This document shows positions 50,023 through 61,637 of a DNA stretch of 64,000 nucleotides, in pieces. Origin of the DNA: Amoebophrya sp. A120 (lineage: Eukaryota; Protista; Dinoflagellata); contig CAJINV010000007.1 in the NCBI GenBank assembly GCA_905178155.1, positions 3,143,151 to 3,207,150 of the forward strand. The letters run 5' to 3'. Below the pieces are notes generated by a model, which ran no database searches, was not told the DNA's origin, and worked only from the letters and a program-made list of their open reading frames with translations. How positions within the stretch are numbered: position 1 is the first letter of the stretch; the number at the start of each line of letters is the position of its first letter. A program made the position numbers and the translations under genes.

Positions 50023-53000
50023 ATGGAATCGCCGATCCTCCCCCTCGAGGGGAGTCCCTCGCGGACGATTTTACCGACGCCCGACCGCCTCCACGCTTAC
50101 TCTCTCATTACCTACGAGCCGCCCGAGGGGAATGGCCAGCGGGTCCGGGCGCAGTTGCTAATTGACGAAATTTTCCCTACGATAACCGATTTACCGCAAA
50201 TAAAGAATTCCGGAGCTACCGCTGGTGGCTCCTCGTCCTCTACTTCCAGTAGCGCTTTTTTGCTCTCCTCACCGAAACCCGGAAATAGGCAAACAGGGTT
50301 GTTCTTTGCCGCAGCTTCTGCGGGGGCCATTGTATCAAAAACAACCGCAGTTGTCGACCAAAATTCCCCTCCGCCGTCTCCGCCGGGCCTCGTCGTTGCA
50401 ACCCGAGCCCGGACCGTGCAGGATCTGGTCGCCAAACGCGCAAGACAGCGGTTTTGCCGGGAGAAGTGGCAGCAGTGGCGATTTGCGTACTCACAGTCGC
50501 GGTACAGCAAGGCGAAGCAGAAGCTGGCGACCTCCCTCTACAACGTCCGCGTACTGAAAAAGGCGATTTTGAGCTGGAAATTCGCCGCGTGCGAGCTCCC
50601 GACGACGCAGCTCCTCGCCGTGGAAGTTTCCTATTGCGAGAAATCGATTGCCCTGCTTCAACTCTGCCTCGACGAGTGGCTGAAGCAAGCGATCGCGGAA
50701 AAATTTCTGAAGCGGCCGGAGCTCTCCTTCGTGAACCTGTTCCAGTCGCGGAAGAATGTCCTTCTCTACTGGACGGAGTACGTGAAAAAAAAGAAACACC
50801 TGGAAAGGGCGGAGAAACTGACAAATATCCGGGTAAACCAGTCCCGCGTGCGCATCTGGTGGCTGGAATTCGGCTACCACCGGACCCTGCGGGTGAACTT
50901 GTTTTTGCTGCAAAAACTGACGCTTTCGCTCTGGCGGAAGGAAACGGTCCGGGACTCCAAGATCGTGAAGTCGTTTCAAGAACGGTGGTCTTACTTCAAC
51001 TACTTCAGCAACTTCTTGGAGTTCCTCTGGAACGGAATCCTGGATAAAAGAAACCGGGCGCGCATCCACTTCACGAAACGACAGAAGCGGGAGATTGTGA
51101 AGGCGTGGCAAACCTCGGCGTGGATCGCGAGACAGACGCGGAGGTTCACGAAGTTAGCCTCGGTGTTTTCCTCCTCGACCGTGATGCGCAACGCTTTCAA
51201 CCGGTTATCAAATGTAAAAATGTCTGGGTCTGAAAGGTTGCAAGACTTGTCATGCAGGTTGTCCATGATGCGCGAGGTCTGTCATACACGACCTAGCATG
51301 ACAGATTCTGTGCGACCTCTATCATGCCTATCCTGCATGAGAAATTGCCTCTCGATTAGGTCAAAAGTGGAAAGCTTTTGGCACTCATGCAACACAGATT
51401 TTTGCATGATTCGGATTTAGCATGAGAAGTTGCAATCTTCCAGACCCAGACATTTTTGCAATGCATACCGGTGGATCCAGTACCACGAGCAGTTCCAGTT
51501 CTTCGCGCAGCAGCGGCAGAAGGCGGCAGCGCATCACAACCTTGTCGTGTTCAAAACGGTGGGGAAGAAATGCTTGAAGGAGTGGGGCAAGCTGCTGAAA
51601 TTCGTGCAATCTGCAAGGGACAACGCGTTTCTCTTAGGCGAGAAGTCCAACGAGGACAGACTACAATTCACCTTTGAAAACTGGGTGCGGGCAGTGGAGG
51701 AGCTGAAGCACGAGCGCGAGTTGCTGAAGATCCTGCGGCGGGTGGAAACGCGGTTTTTCGTTTTACCGACGTTGGAGGCGTGGCGGAAGTTCACCCGGGA
51801 GGAACGACTCGGCAAGCACTTCGCACTACTCGCATCCGAATTCTCCGAGGGCACAACGTTGCGGCTAAACTTTACCACTTGGAGGACGAACGTGGTCGTG
51901 GAGAAGAGAGTGCGGGTGCACCGGGAGATGTGGCAGAACTTCGCGATACGGAGGGGGTACGGGAAGCGGGCGTTTTACACGTGGGAAGAAAACTTGAGAG
52001 CCCAGAAGAAAGTCCTGCAATTCTGTATTGTGGTTATTCTACTAGTCGTTTTCTTTCTGTTTTTCATCTTGAAACCGCATGAATTCCAATTCGATGTCCA
52101 ACTGTACTACTTACAAAGAAGTTCACATTACAACAGCCCGCCTGATCGCCTCCGGCAACCGCGAGACGTTGTTGAAGCTGCACCTGCTCGAGTGGCGAAA
52201 GTACGCAGAGGACCAGATTCAAGAGCGGCACCAGGAAGAAGTCGCGAAGGAGTACCAGAAGCGGTTTGTCGTGCAGAAGTACTTCGAGATCTTCGTGGAG
52301 ACGATCAAAAACGACAAGAAATTGAAGCACCTCTGCTCCGGCCTGATCGCGCAGTTCGGCGCCGGTCTGCAGCAGAAATTCTTCGACGCCTGGCGCAAGG
52401 TATGGGAATGCACAACCCCCCCTCCCCCTCATTTGCCATGCAAAATCCCAAATCCAATGGCGGCCTTGTGGCACTGTTTGCACGACAAATTTTCGAAGCC
52501 CAAACAGTACTCTACACGAGAAGCATGAATTTGTCATGCATAGGTTCCACGTGTGCGGATGTTTGTGTTGCTGTTCATGCCATGCAAATGAGGGGGAGGG
52601 GGGTTGTGCACTCTCATGCAAGGGGGTGAAGCTGAAGAAGCAGGACATGGAGAACGTCGGGAAGGGGGAGATGCTGGTGCAGAAACTGTTCTGTTGGAAA
52701 CTTTTCCGGCTTTGGAAAGAGTCGTTTTTGCTGCGTTTAAAACTGAAAGCGAAATTCTTCGAGTTCCACGAAAACCACCACCGGTACTTTGTGCTGCTGC
52801 ACACGATCAGGAAGTGGGAGAAGAACCGGGAACTGTCGGAAAACCACCGGAAGAAGTACACGAAAGCGGGCACCTTCCGGGTGGAGTGGTGGGGCTTCCG
52901 CCCCTGGAGACTGGCGGTGGAGCAGGCGAAGCGGTTGGCGTTTGGCGCGAAGTTCCTGGCAGAGAACAACGCGGGCTACTGTTTGCTGCAAGCGTTCAAG

Positions 53001-56000
53001 GACTGGAAAAGGTTCTGCAAGGAGCAGGAACGGGAGCGACAGCACGAGAAAATCGTGCTCCAGCACCACACCCTCCCGACCATCCAGGGGATCTGGAAGA
53101 CCTGGCGGTTATTCGTAATGACGGAGAACGCGGAGCGGGAGCGGATGCAGTACCTGCTCGAGCTGGCGAATGTGCATTTTCTCACCACAACCCTGTCCAA
53201 AACCTTCCACGGTCTGCGGCTCGGCGCGCGAAAGGAACGCAAGGCGGAGCGCATGATGGAGAGCTTCCTGAATGACAGCGACATGAGCCGGAAAAAGGTG
53301 GTCTTCAAGGAGTGGCACGTGAACGCGCACCAGGAAAAAAAGGAGCGGCGGAATGCCGCGAGGTGCCTGCAGCACTTGGTTTTTACCCTCGCGAGGCGGA
53401 TGTTTTCCGCCTGGGTGGCGTACTACGAACGGAAAAATAAGAAGTACGCGCGCCGGAAATTGGCGGAGCAGTCGTTTGTTACCCGCCTCTTCACGCGGTG
53501 GAAGCAAAACACACACGTGTCCGCTGTCTTGAACCGGATCAACCGGGTGATGCTCTCGAGGACCAGCGAGGGACTGCAGAGGCTCGGCTGGTTGGCCTGG
53601 CGGAAGTATTTGGAACGAGCCAGGAGAATACGCTGGGCGGGGGAAATGGTATAAAATAGAGAAAATGCAGACTTTATTTGTGGCTTTGGATTTGACCACT
53701 ACACGAGGTAAATCAATAGTTAGTAGTTTACGCGCGACTTTTTCTCTGCATAAGAAAGTTCGAAGAACACATGGACATACAGGTCTTTGGCAGAACGGGA
53801 AAGAAGTTGAAGCGCGCAGCCTTCCTATCGTGGCAGCGGGACCACGATTACAGAATGACTCTGAAATTCAAGCAAAACGACGTACTTGTTTCGCAACAAA
53901 ACTTTTGTTGCGCTATTTTCTCAGGTCTCTTTATGTTTTGCACGAGATAAAGCAGGCTTTTACTAGTCCAGCAACAGGAGCGTCTGTTGGCGCATCACTG
54001 TTGCTGAATTCATCAGGATATCAAGCACTATCACTACACATTTGAAACTATTTCTTCTCAGCTCCTTCGGCGTCTTTTCTACACCAGCCGCAAAGGAGCT
54101 TTCGACGCCTGGAAGATGATCACGATTGCGGAGAAAACGCTAGAGCAGCTCAGCGGACATTTGACCGCCAAATCCGAGGTCTCGTTGAAGAGACTCGTGC
54201 TGCGCGCGTGGAACACCGAGGCCATCTCGCAGCGAAAGGGGAAGCGCAAGCTGGAGTACAAACTGAAGCAGATCATGAGAGCGAAAAAGAGCCGGCTTTT
54301 ACACAAGTGGCACGTGTTGCTGATTGTCACCAGGTTCTGCGGAGACAACGCGGCGAAGTCGCTGGTACTGTACTCTAGGTTGGTAGTTTATTTTTGGCAG
54401 ATAGCACCAGGGTTTGAACGCTTTTTCGCCTAGCTCAAGATTTCTTTTGGGAAGATCAGATCTGCATCGATTTTCAAAACCCAAACTACCTCAGTGTCTC
54501 CGCCCCTTCCGGTCTTGGCACATTTTGACCAAGCAGCGGAAGCGAACCAACCAAGCCGCGAGGAAGATTCGGCAGAAACGCCAGAAGGAGTTGATCCGAC
54601 CCTGGATTTTCCTGACCAAGGAGAAAATCAGAGAGAAGCTGCGGGAAAGAAAGAAGGACAAGTGGAGACTGAAGCTTTTCTACCTGGCGTTTTGCAAAGG
54701 CTGCCACAAATCTCGGCTGTTGACCCTGAAGCAGCCGTTTTTGCTCTGGAAGTTCATAGCGGCCGCGAGATTGCGCACGCGAACGCTGATGTCCGAACTG
54801 TTTCAGGGGGTGTTCGTGCGAAGATGGGCCTGGAAGAAGCCGCGACGGGAAAAAGTGAAACTCTGTCGCAGGGTGCAAGGGAGAAGAAGACTGCACTGGG
54901 TGCTGGCTGGATGGTATAAGATGGAAAACTTTTTTCTTTTTGACGTTGAGGCGCATGTGAAACTTATGTTTGATGTCACATGCGGTGCCTTCGCCCCCCT
55001 TCTCTTTACTGTGTAATTCCACAACCCACTCCAGGCACGAGTCCATTTACCTGACCCGGTACCGCGAACAGCTGGTGACCCGGCGGGCGTTCTTCCAGAT
55101 CACCATTCAGCAGAAGCGCCGTGAACTGTGGCGGTTGTCAAAGCTGGCCGGATTTTTAAAGGCCCGACTCTGGGAATACTTCACGATTTGGAAGAAGCTC
55201 ATGGAGAAGACGAACGAAAATCTCCGCGTCGTGGCGTTGAAGCGGAAAATCCGGCAACGGGAGCGGGAGTCCAGGCCGAGTTTCTACTACAACATCTGCG
55301 AGTTCTGCATGAAGCAGTGGAAGCGGTTGTTTCTGGCCAGGAGGCAATACCGGCTCAAGTACGGCGTGCGGGTGCTGCAGTTGTGGAGCTCGGTGGCTTT
55401 GAAGAACCAGGACCGCATCGATCTGCTGAATCGGCGGAGGAACGTGCGGGATTTCTCCTACGTTTTTTCCTACTGCAGTTCCAAAGAGCGTGGTGTTGTA
55501 AGTGGAAGCTCTCTGAACGGCGGCAACGCCAGTTTGCTGAGTTCAGTCGTGGCTGCTGGAAGTTTTGGGGCCGCGACAGGCGGAGCTTATTCTGCCTGTT
55601 CTACGCCGAGGAACTACACTAAACCATCCCTGTCTCTGAAACAGCAGCTCGTGAACCGAAACGCCTACCGGGTCTCAAACTTCGCAAATTCAAGCAGTCT
55701 GCTCGTGCACAAATCTACTGCGACCGCGATGAAAAGTCCACCTGGGAACAAACTGCCGCTTTCTGTGGCCGACGGAGATGCTGTTGAGCTGCAGTCGGAT
55801 CAAATGATCGCGTCCCCTTCTTCAAAAATCGCCAGTACATCATCGAACGGCCCGCTCGGCCACATCGCGACGGCCTTTTTGCAACATCGGAAGGATAATT
55901 ACGACGTGATACTAAACACGAAGCAGAACAAGTTGCCCAGCCGCGGCCATTCTCGCAGCAAATCGTTGTCGCCACACCTCTCTCCTGCGCGGCTTGCGGC

Positions 56001-59000
56001 GGAGAATAAGAGCGAAACTCTTTCTCGTTACTCCTCGAAGGGATCCAACGTCGCGGGCGGCTCGTCGTCCAGTCGGATTTTCGTTGTTCCGACGAAATCC
56101 ACGAAGGCGCTGGGTGGCGCTTTTTCGGATAGCTGCCACAACCGAGCACTGTCAAAGGGGAAAGAGAGGCGGGGGGTGCCGGAGGGGAACGGCTTCGGCG
56201 TAACAGCTGGCCCGAGACAGAGTAGCGCAGGAGGAGCTTCATCTACTATGAAACGAGCGCACTCGAGGACCGCAAGCGTAGCCGGGAATTACGGCAACAC
56301 TGCGAGTCGGATGCGAAGTTGTACAGCGCGGAGTAGAAATTACGACGCCGATAATAAAAATGAAAGAATAGCAACAACTCTCGCTCCCAAAGGAGAAGAA
56401 GACCTCGTCATGTCCCCGCCCCGCAGGCCGCCCCTGGAGCATCCGCCGCCGAGCGCGCAGAAGCAGAACCCGGTAGAGCAGGCGCTATTTGGGCCTGTGA
56501 AGGCGCTCCAGCCGATCGGCGTGAACTTCTCAGACTTGCGGGACGAGAGTGCCCTCGAAGGGCAAGGACAGCTCGGAGAAAATGTTGAAGGCGGCGTTTT
56601 CAGTACCAGAACCCTCAAATCACCAAGGAGGGAAAGTACAACTACCGAGGGGAAAAAAACTTCGGCCGTCATTGACTACTTCCGGTACGGGTCGAGTCCT
56701 GGCTCGAACAACGTCGGTCAAGCAAAGCCGCAGGCTTTATTGCACAGCAACCCAAATGTAGTGGATCAGCATCGTGAGCCCAGTCGCAGCATTTCGCCAA
56801 AATCTAGCGACGGGCGCGCCATGCGGGAGTATGGTTGTGATTGGTTTGTGTCGGACGCGAAAGCACAACCAAGCACAGGTACAAGACTCTTGAAAAACTT
56901 TCAGCAGGGAGGGAGCAGCAGCAGCACGTCGAGGAGAGAACTTGTCATGGGAACTAGTAGCGTATCAAGTACGCAGCTACAAGGACCGGACACGAGCCCA
57001 CGACGCATTCTTCCGAGACCAACATCGCGCTCACCGCCGCGGTCGCATTTTTCGAAAGAAGTGAAGAACGAAATAGAGCAAGCGAGTAGTAAGCAAAGCG
57101 AGAGGAAGATGTTGCGCACATTGACGACAAAAGACCAACAAGGCATATCCGCTGCACCTCCCGTTGAGTTATCACTTCAGAGTCGCACCAGCTCGAAAGC
57201 CAAGAGCATTCACATGGTGAGTGACGGAAAGAATCCGTCGGGGAAGGAAGTGCAGCACTACTTCGAGCCCGCGCCCCGGGAGAACGCCGAGGACCTGTCG
57301 CCTTACATTCCAGCAGAATACAACACCAACAGTTCTTCGAAGGAAACAAGAAAGAAATCAAGGGACAGAGTGATCACAGCACCGGGTGGAGACGTCGCCG
57401 ATTGGAAGCTCAGCAGCATGTCTGTACCAGCGAAAGACACCAGCGAATATCGCTCCTCCACGAAACAAAGCAACGTCTCCTCGGTCTTCAGCTCGGCGGC
57501 TTCGGAAATGAAAATCGTACCCATTCAGGAGAATGCTGGCGCTGCGGTCTTGTCAAGCTCCTCGTCGAGAGGGCGAACGAAAGAGGATCTGGCTTTCTCC
57601 CCGGAATCGAGCCGAATCCTCCTCCACGCCCCGTCGGAGGAGCACTGCGCCGCGATTTTTCCGAATACGGTGACAAAAACCGGCAGCGTGTCGAAGAATT
57701 TGGAAAATTTCAGCCGGGACGTGAGTAAGCAGTCTTCCAGGATCGAGCAGCTGGCAAAAGAGATCCACTTGTTAGAGCAGAAAGCTTTGCGCGACCCCCA
57801 GTTCGGGATATCGAAAAACGGATTGCAAGACCCGGAGGAAGCGGAGCCGGTCGCGTGGAACCGACACCCGTCTGTTCTTGATTCCCGCGGAAGTAAGGGC
57901 CATAAAAGTTCGAACAGCGCCGGCCCTTCCTCTCCCGCAAGCTCTTCACGACATGCGGACAAGTACAGTGCCGTCGCTGCGAAACAGTACGTGAGTGACC
58001 TGCTGACCAACCCGGCCAACTTCGCTCCCGGTGGGGTTTTTGCGACAACGGGCGCGGTTGCGACGTCCCCTTCGTCCTCCCGCCGGGACCCGTGGGAGGT
58101 CTTTCCCCACGCGGTGGAATCCGCGAAGAAGGCGCGAAGTCCGGAAAGGAAAGTCATTTCGCAAGAAAGAGAAAGTAGAGCTAAACAACAACAGGGATCA
58201 GCAGGGGCTGCACCCACCACCTCTTCTTCGAAACACGTCCGAACCTTCGCGATCCCGGACTCTTCGAGAGATTTGATCGAAACGTTGGAAAGACAAAGGT
58301 CGAATTCTCCGAGTTCTACTAGAGAAGCTGCTGGTGGTGGTACAAAAACTGCAGCGAAATTGACGTCAAGAACGCCGTCACTGAGTAAAAATTCTCCACG
58401 AGCAGGACCGACAGGCAGCACACCAAACACGCCCTCGCCGCCACCGAAAACAAGCTTGCTCCTCCCCTCTGCAGGCCCGGGCGGAGCTGTGGTGCCATCG
58501 GTGTCGTGGGGTAGTGTCTCGAACAGGACGATATCGCCGGATGTCTCTGTCGCGTCGGAGGCAAACTTGACTTTGTCGCCGATGAGAGGTAGTACTACAA
58601 GGGGTGAAACCGCCGGGCACCAAAGGCGTGGTGAAGTAGGAGGTGCTTCTTCGAGTGCTACAGAAAGAGCAAATCGAGGAGCATCTTCTGGAACTGCAGC
58701 GCGTGATATCACGACGGGGGCAACTTCTGTCGCTACTTCTTCCACTACCGGGGCACGTCCACCTGGAAAACTCGAAGCATCTTCAACGTCGAAAATCAAC
58801 CAGAAGAACGTGATGTACTTCTATTCCGCGACTTCTGAACAACAAGCAGTGCCACAGGTCGTGGAAGAGGTCAGTTTCTCAAGCCAGAAACTGCTGCCGA
58901 ACACGTCTTCATTGACAATCGCAGAGGATGATGAAGATGACACTGACGGCGAACGTCGGGGAAGGATCAAGAATAACGAGAAAAGCCTGAATCCGGACCA

Positions 59001-59760
59001 AACCAGCAGCTGCAACCTCTCCTCCCGAAAGCCGAAGGGCGTTTATTGCGCTTCCCCAACGGAGTTCGATGTGGTGCCACAGGGAAGTGTGGTGAAAGAC
59101 TTGCACTCGTTGGAAGTAGAGGATGTGGTGGACGAAAAGTCTGAAGATAAAAATCGCGACTTAGCAGGACGAGGTCGACAATTTGTAAAAGAAGAACCAG
59201 AAGTCGTAGCTTCGTCCACTAATAATCTGCAGTCTTTCACCACCGTTTATTCCTACAACGGAGTCATGTCAGCACCGGCAGCGAAGTCTACTTCGGTAGT
59301 ATCTCCCCCTTCCCAGGATCGTACCAGCGCAGACGCTGCTCTTCAAGGTGCCACTGTAGTCGAAGACGCGACCCCGAAACCTGACCGCGCAACAGTAGGA
59401 GCCTCGTTCAGTAAAGACAAGGTGGTTCTTGTGAAAGGGAGTCTCGGCGGGAGGAAGGCTACAAGCTCCTCGTCCACGGCTTGTGCGGACCGTGAACACG
59501 ATAACGCGACGAGGCAGCAAGGTCGAGAAGGCGCAGCCACAGCCACCGCCAAACCCGCGGGGCCTTTCAAGCAAGGCGCGGCAAGCCGGCAACTGAGCAT
59601 TTCGCACCCGAAGTTGCGGCCCATCCAGGCGCCGTCCCTGCGCGTGTTGTCATCCTCGATCTCGGGCACTGCGTCGTTGATTGCCGCCAGTCGCGCGTCA
59701 TCCACGGGAAGAACGGGCGGGAGTGCGACTAACGGCAGTCACAGCAACGCAAGGAGCTGA
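50023..59760 (+). CDS. Sfi1-like centrin-binding repeat protein with a very long disordered C-terminal tail
   Basis: Exons about 50023-51205, 51473-52024, 52137-52399, 52623-53648, 53783-53881, 54062-54382, 54495-54913, 55035-59760. Dozens of L..(F/L)..W(K/R) repeats (VLKKAILSWK, LQFTFENW, LLQAFKDWK, KVVFKEW), typical of Sfi1 repeats. Confidence 0.78.
51206..51467. mobile_element. Introner/MITE-like element, family A (262 bp)
   Basis: TIR tatcaaatgtaaaaatgtctgggtctg / cagacccagacatttttgcaatgcata. Perfect TSD CCGGT. Colinear with 4797-5058. Excision gives FNR|WIQYH. Confidence 0.94.
52401..52618. mobile_element. Introner/MITE-like element, family C (218 bp); yields a canonical GT-AG intron 52400-52622
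   Basis: TIR tatgggaatgcacaaccccccctccccctcatttgc / gcaaatgagggggaggggggttgtgcactctcatg. Perfect TSD CAAGG. Excision gives WRK|GVKLK. Confidence 0.93.
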
Positions 59761-60867
59761 AACGAAGATTTTAATCCGGCAAAAACAAAATTGAGGAAAT
59801 TTGGTCGTGCGAGGTTGGAATAGAGCGCGTTCCACCTCCACGACACCTCGCCTGGTCCGGGGACTTTTCATGGCATTACCATCAGTATCCTATGTGAAAA
59901 ATCGGGAACGACGTCGTCTCGGTCTCCCACAGCGGGAGCTGAGAAAAGGCTGCCTCGATAGTTAGTGAGCTTTGACTTTCAACATTTTTCAAAATCAACC
60001 AGTGCTGTTGACCACGACATTGTAAATCACACAACCGAGGTTCTTGAAACACGCAGAACTTCACGGGCTTTGCTTCTGACATTCGTACGTAGACACTTTT
60101 CGCTCGAAAAAATAAAGACGCGCAAGTCGAACGGCAAGAATAGAAGTGCCAAAAAACGATGCTCTGCATCAAGTCGCGATGAAATTTCTCGGTAGTCAGA
60201 CCTGTGCCTACACCAGATGTATCCCATCCAGTGTTCTGTGTTCTTTTGCGCTACCCCAAAATTTCTCTTTCAATATCGGCTACATCACATAGTAGTACAA
60301 CCAACATGCGTGAAGAGTCAGATTCAACTGTTGAGCAGTTAATTTTAAACAAAAAGAGAGAGGCATTGGGACAATAGTTGTGAAGGTGAAAGAGCCGGAT
60401 CCTGATCATCTGGAGCGAATCAGGATGTTGCAAGGAAGTTTCTATTTACTCCACTGAGCACAGGACCCCACCAATGATTTGAATTTAGAAATATCGATGA
60501 CATGAGTTAGGTTCGAAGGGCGCAGTATAATTTACCTAACCTACCCAGGCACGAACCGCGGACGACGAACAAGGATGATTCGGTGAGACTTGCTGCTTCA
60601 AGTCGGTCCGAAACCTGTGTCGCAGCAGCGTTTATCTATCTATCAGAGAGAAGTGATAGAGCAACCACGTGCAAAGAAAGATGTTGTAGGAAGAAGTTTA
60701 TCTTCCATGACTTTCGGCCCGCGTAGAATCGCACCGGTTGTACTCATGCTTTGTCGGTAAGCCTTGGTGGTGGATCATAGCGACGTTTGAGGGTTCTTGC
60801 GAAGGTGCTGTGGGAAGATCACATCCTCGAGGCGACCAGAACGCGAAGGAATTGTGGAGCAAGATCC

Positions 60868-61637
60868 ATGTCTTGCGAAACGTTCTTCGTGCAGAATCCG
60901 AATGGACAGGTGTCCACCATCGCCGGAGCGGACGCCATCGAGCCACCACCCGCGAACCCTAGGATAACCTGCCACCATTGCAGGACGCTACTGGAGTACC
61001 CCGATGGAAGTACTGACTTAAAAAAAATACTTGATGACTCTATTTTCTATTGGAGCACAGCGGCCTCACTACACCCGCATGCTACCGCATTACTCGAATG
61101 ATTTATGGAAAACGATTGCGATTCCAGGACCAGGACTGGGATGTAAACTTGCATGTCAACAAGGGCACCCCCTCTGTGTGGCAAAAATGTACGTAAAACT
61201 AACAACAGGCTCCTACGTGCAGTGCTTTGTCTGTTCTGCCATGAATGCAGTCGTCACTACAGAAGCAACCGCAGAGGGAGAAGAGTACCCGATCGGAGGA
61301 AGGACAATCAACATGCTCTGTGCGGTTTGCGGAACATCGAATCTGGGTAAGTTTTTATCTGTCTTGCTAGTTGTCCGTGGCAAAAAGAAAGGCAATATAA
61401 ACTCCCCCTTGCGACTATCATGAAGACGTTCGGTCGTGATACTTAAATAAACTTGTCATCGTGCAACATGATTCAGTACACTACCTGTCACAATAAACAT
61501 TATCAACAGCTCCATGGGGTACGCACTACGTAAGATGTGGTAGCTGCGGCACGGTGTCGGACGTGAGCCATATCTACCACCGCGCCTCTCAGCACCGACG
61601 CTCGCATGGACAAGGGGCACAGAGCGGCGTAGGGTGA
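60868..61637 (+). CDS. LSD1-type (C2C2) zinc-finger protein with two fingers
   Basis: Exons 60868-61009, 61209-61346, 61510-61637 (GT-AG). CHHCRTLLEYPDGSSYVQCFVC and CAVCGTSNLAPWGTHYVRCGSC match the zf-LSD1 pattern. The start may lie further upstream. Confidence 0.82.

Noticed and set aside
57525-58799. Long minus-strand ORFs (also 52064-52969, 33858-34724, 31839-32618, 13175-13903)
   Set aside because: Shadow ORFs antisense to GC-rich + strand exons, with no recognisable domains.
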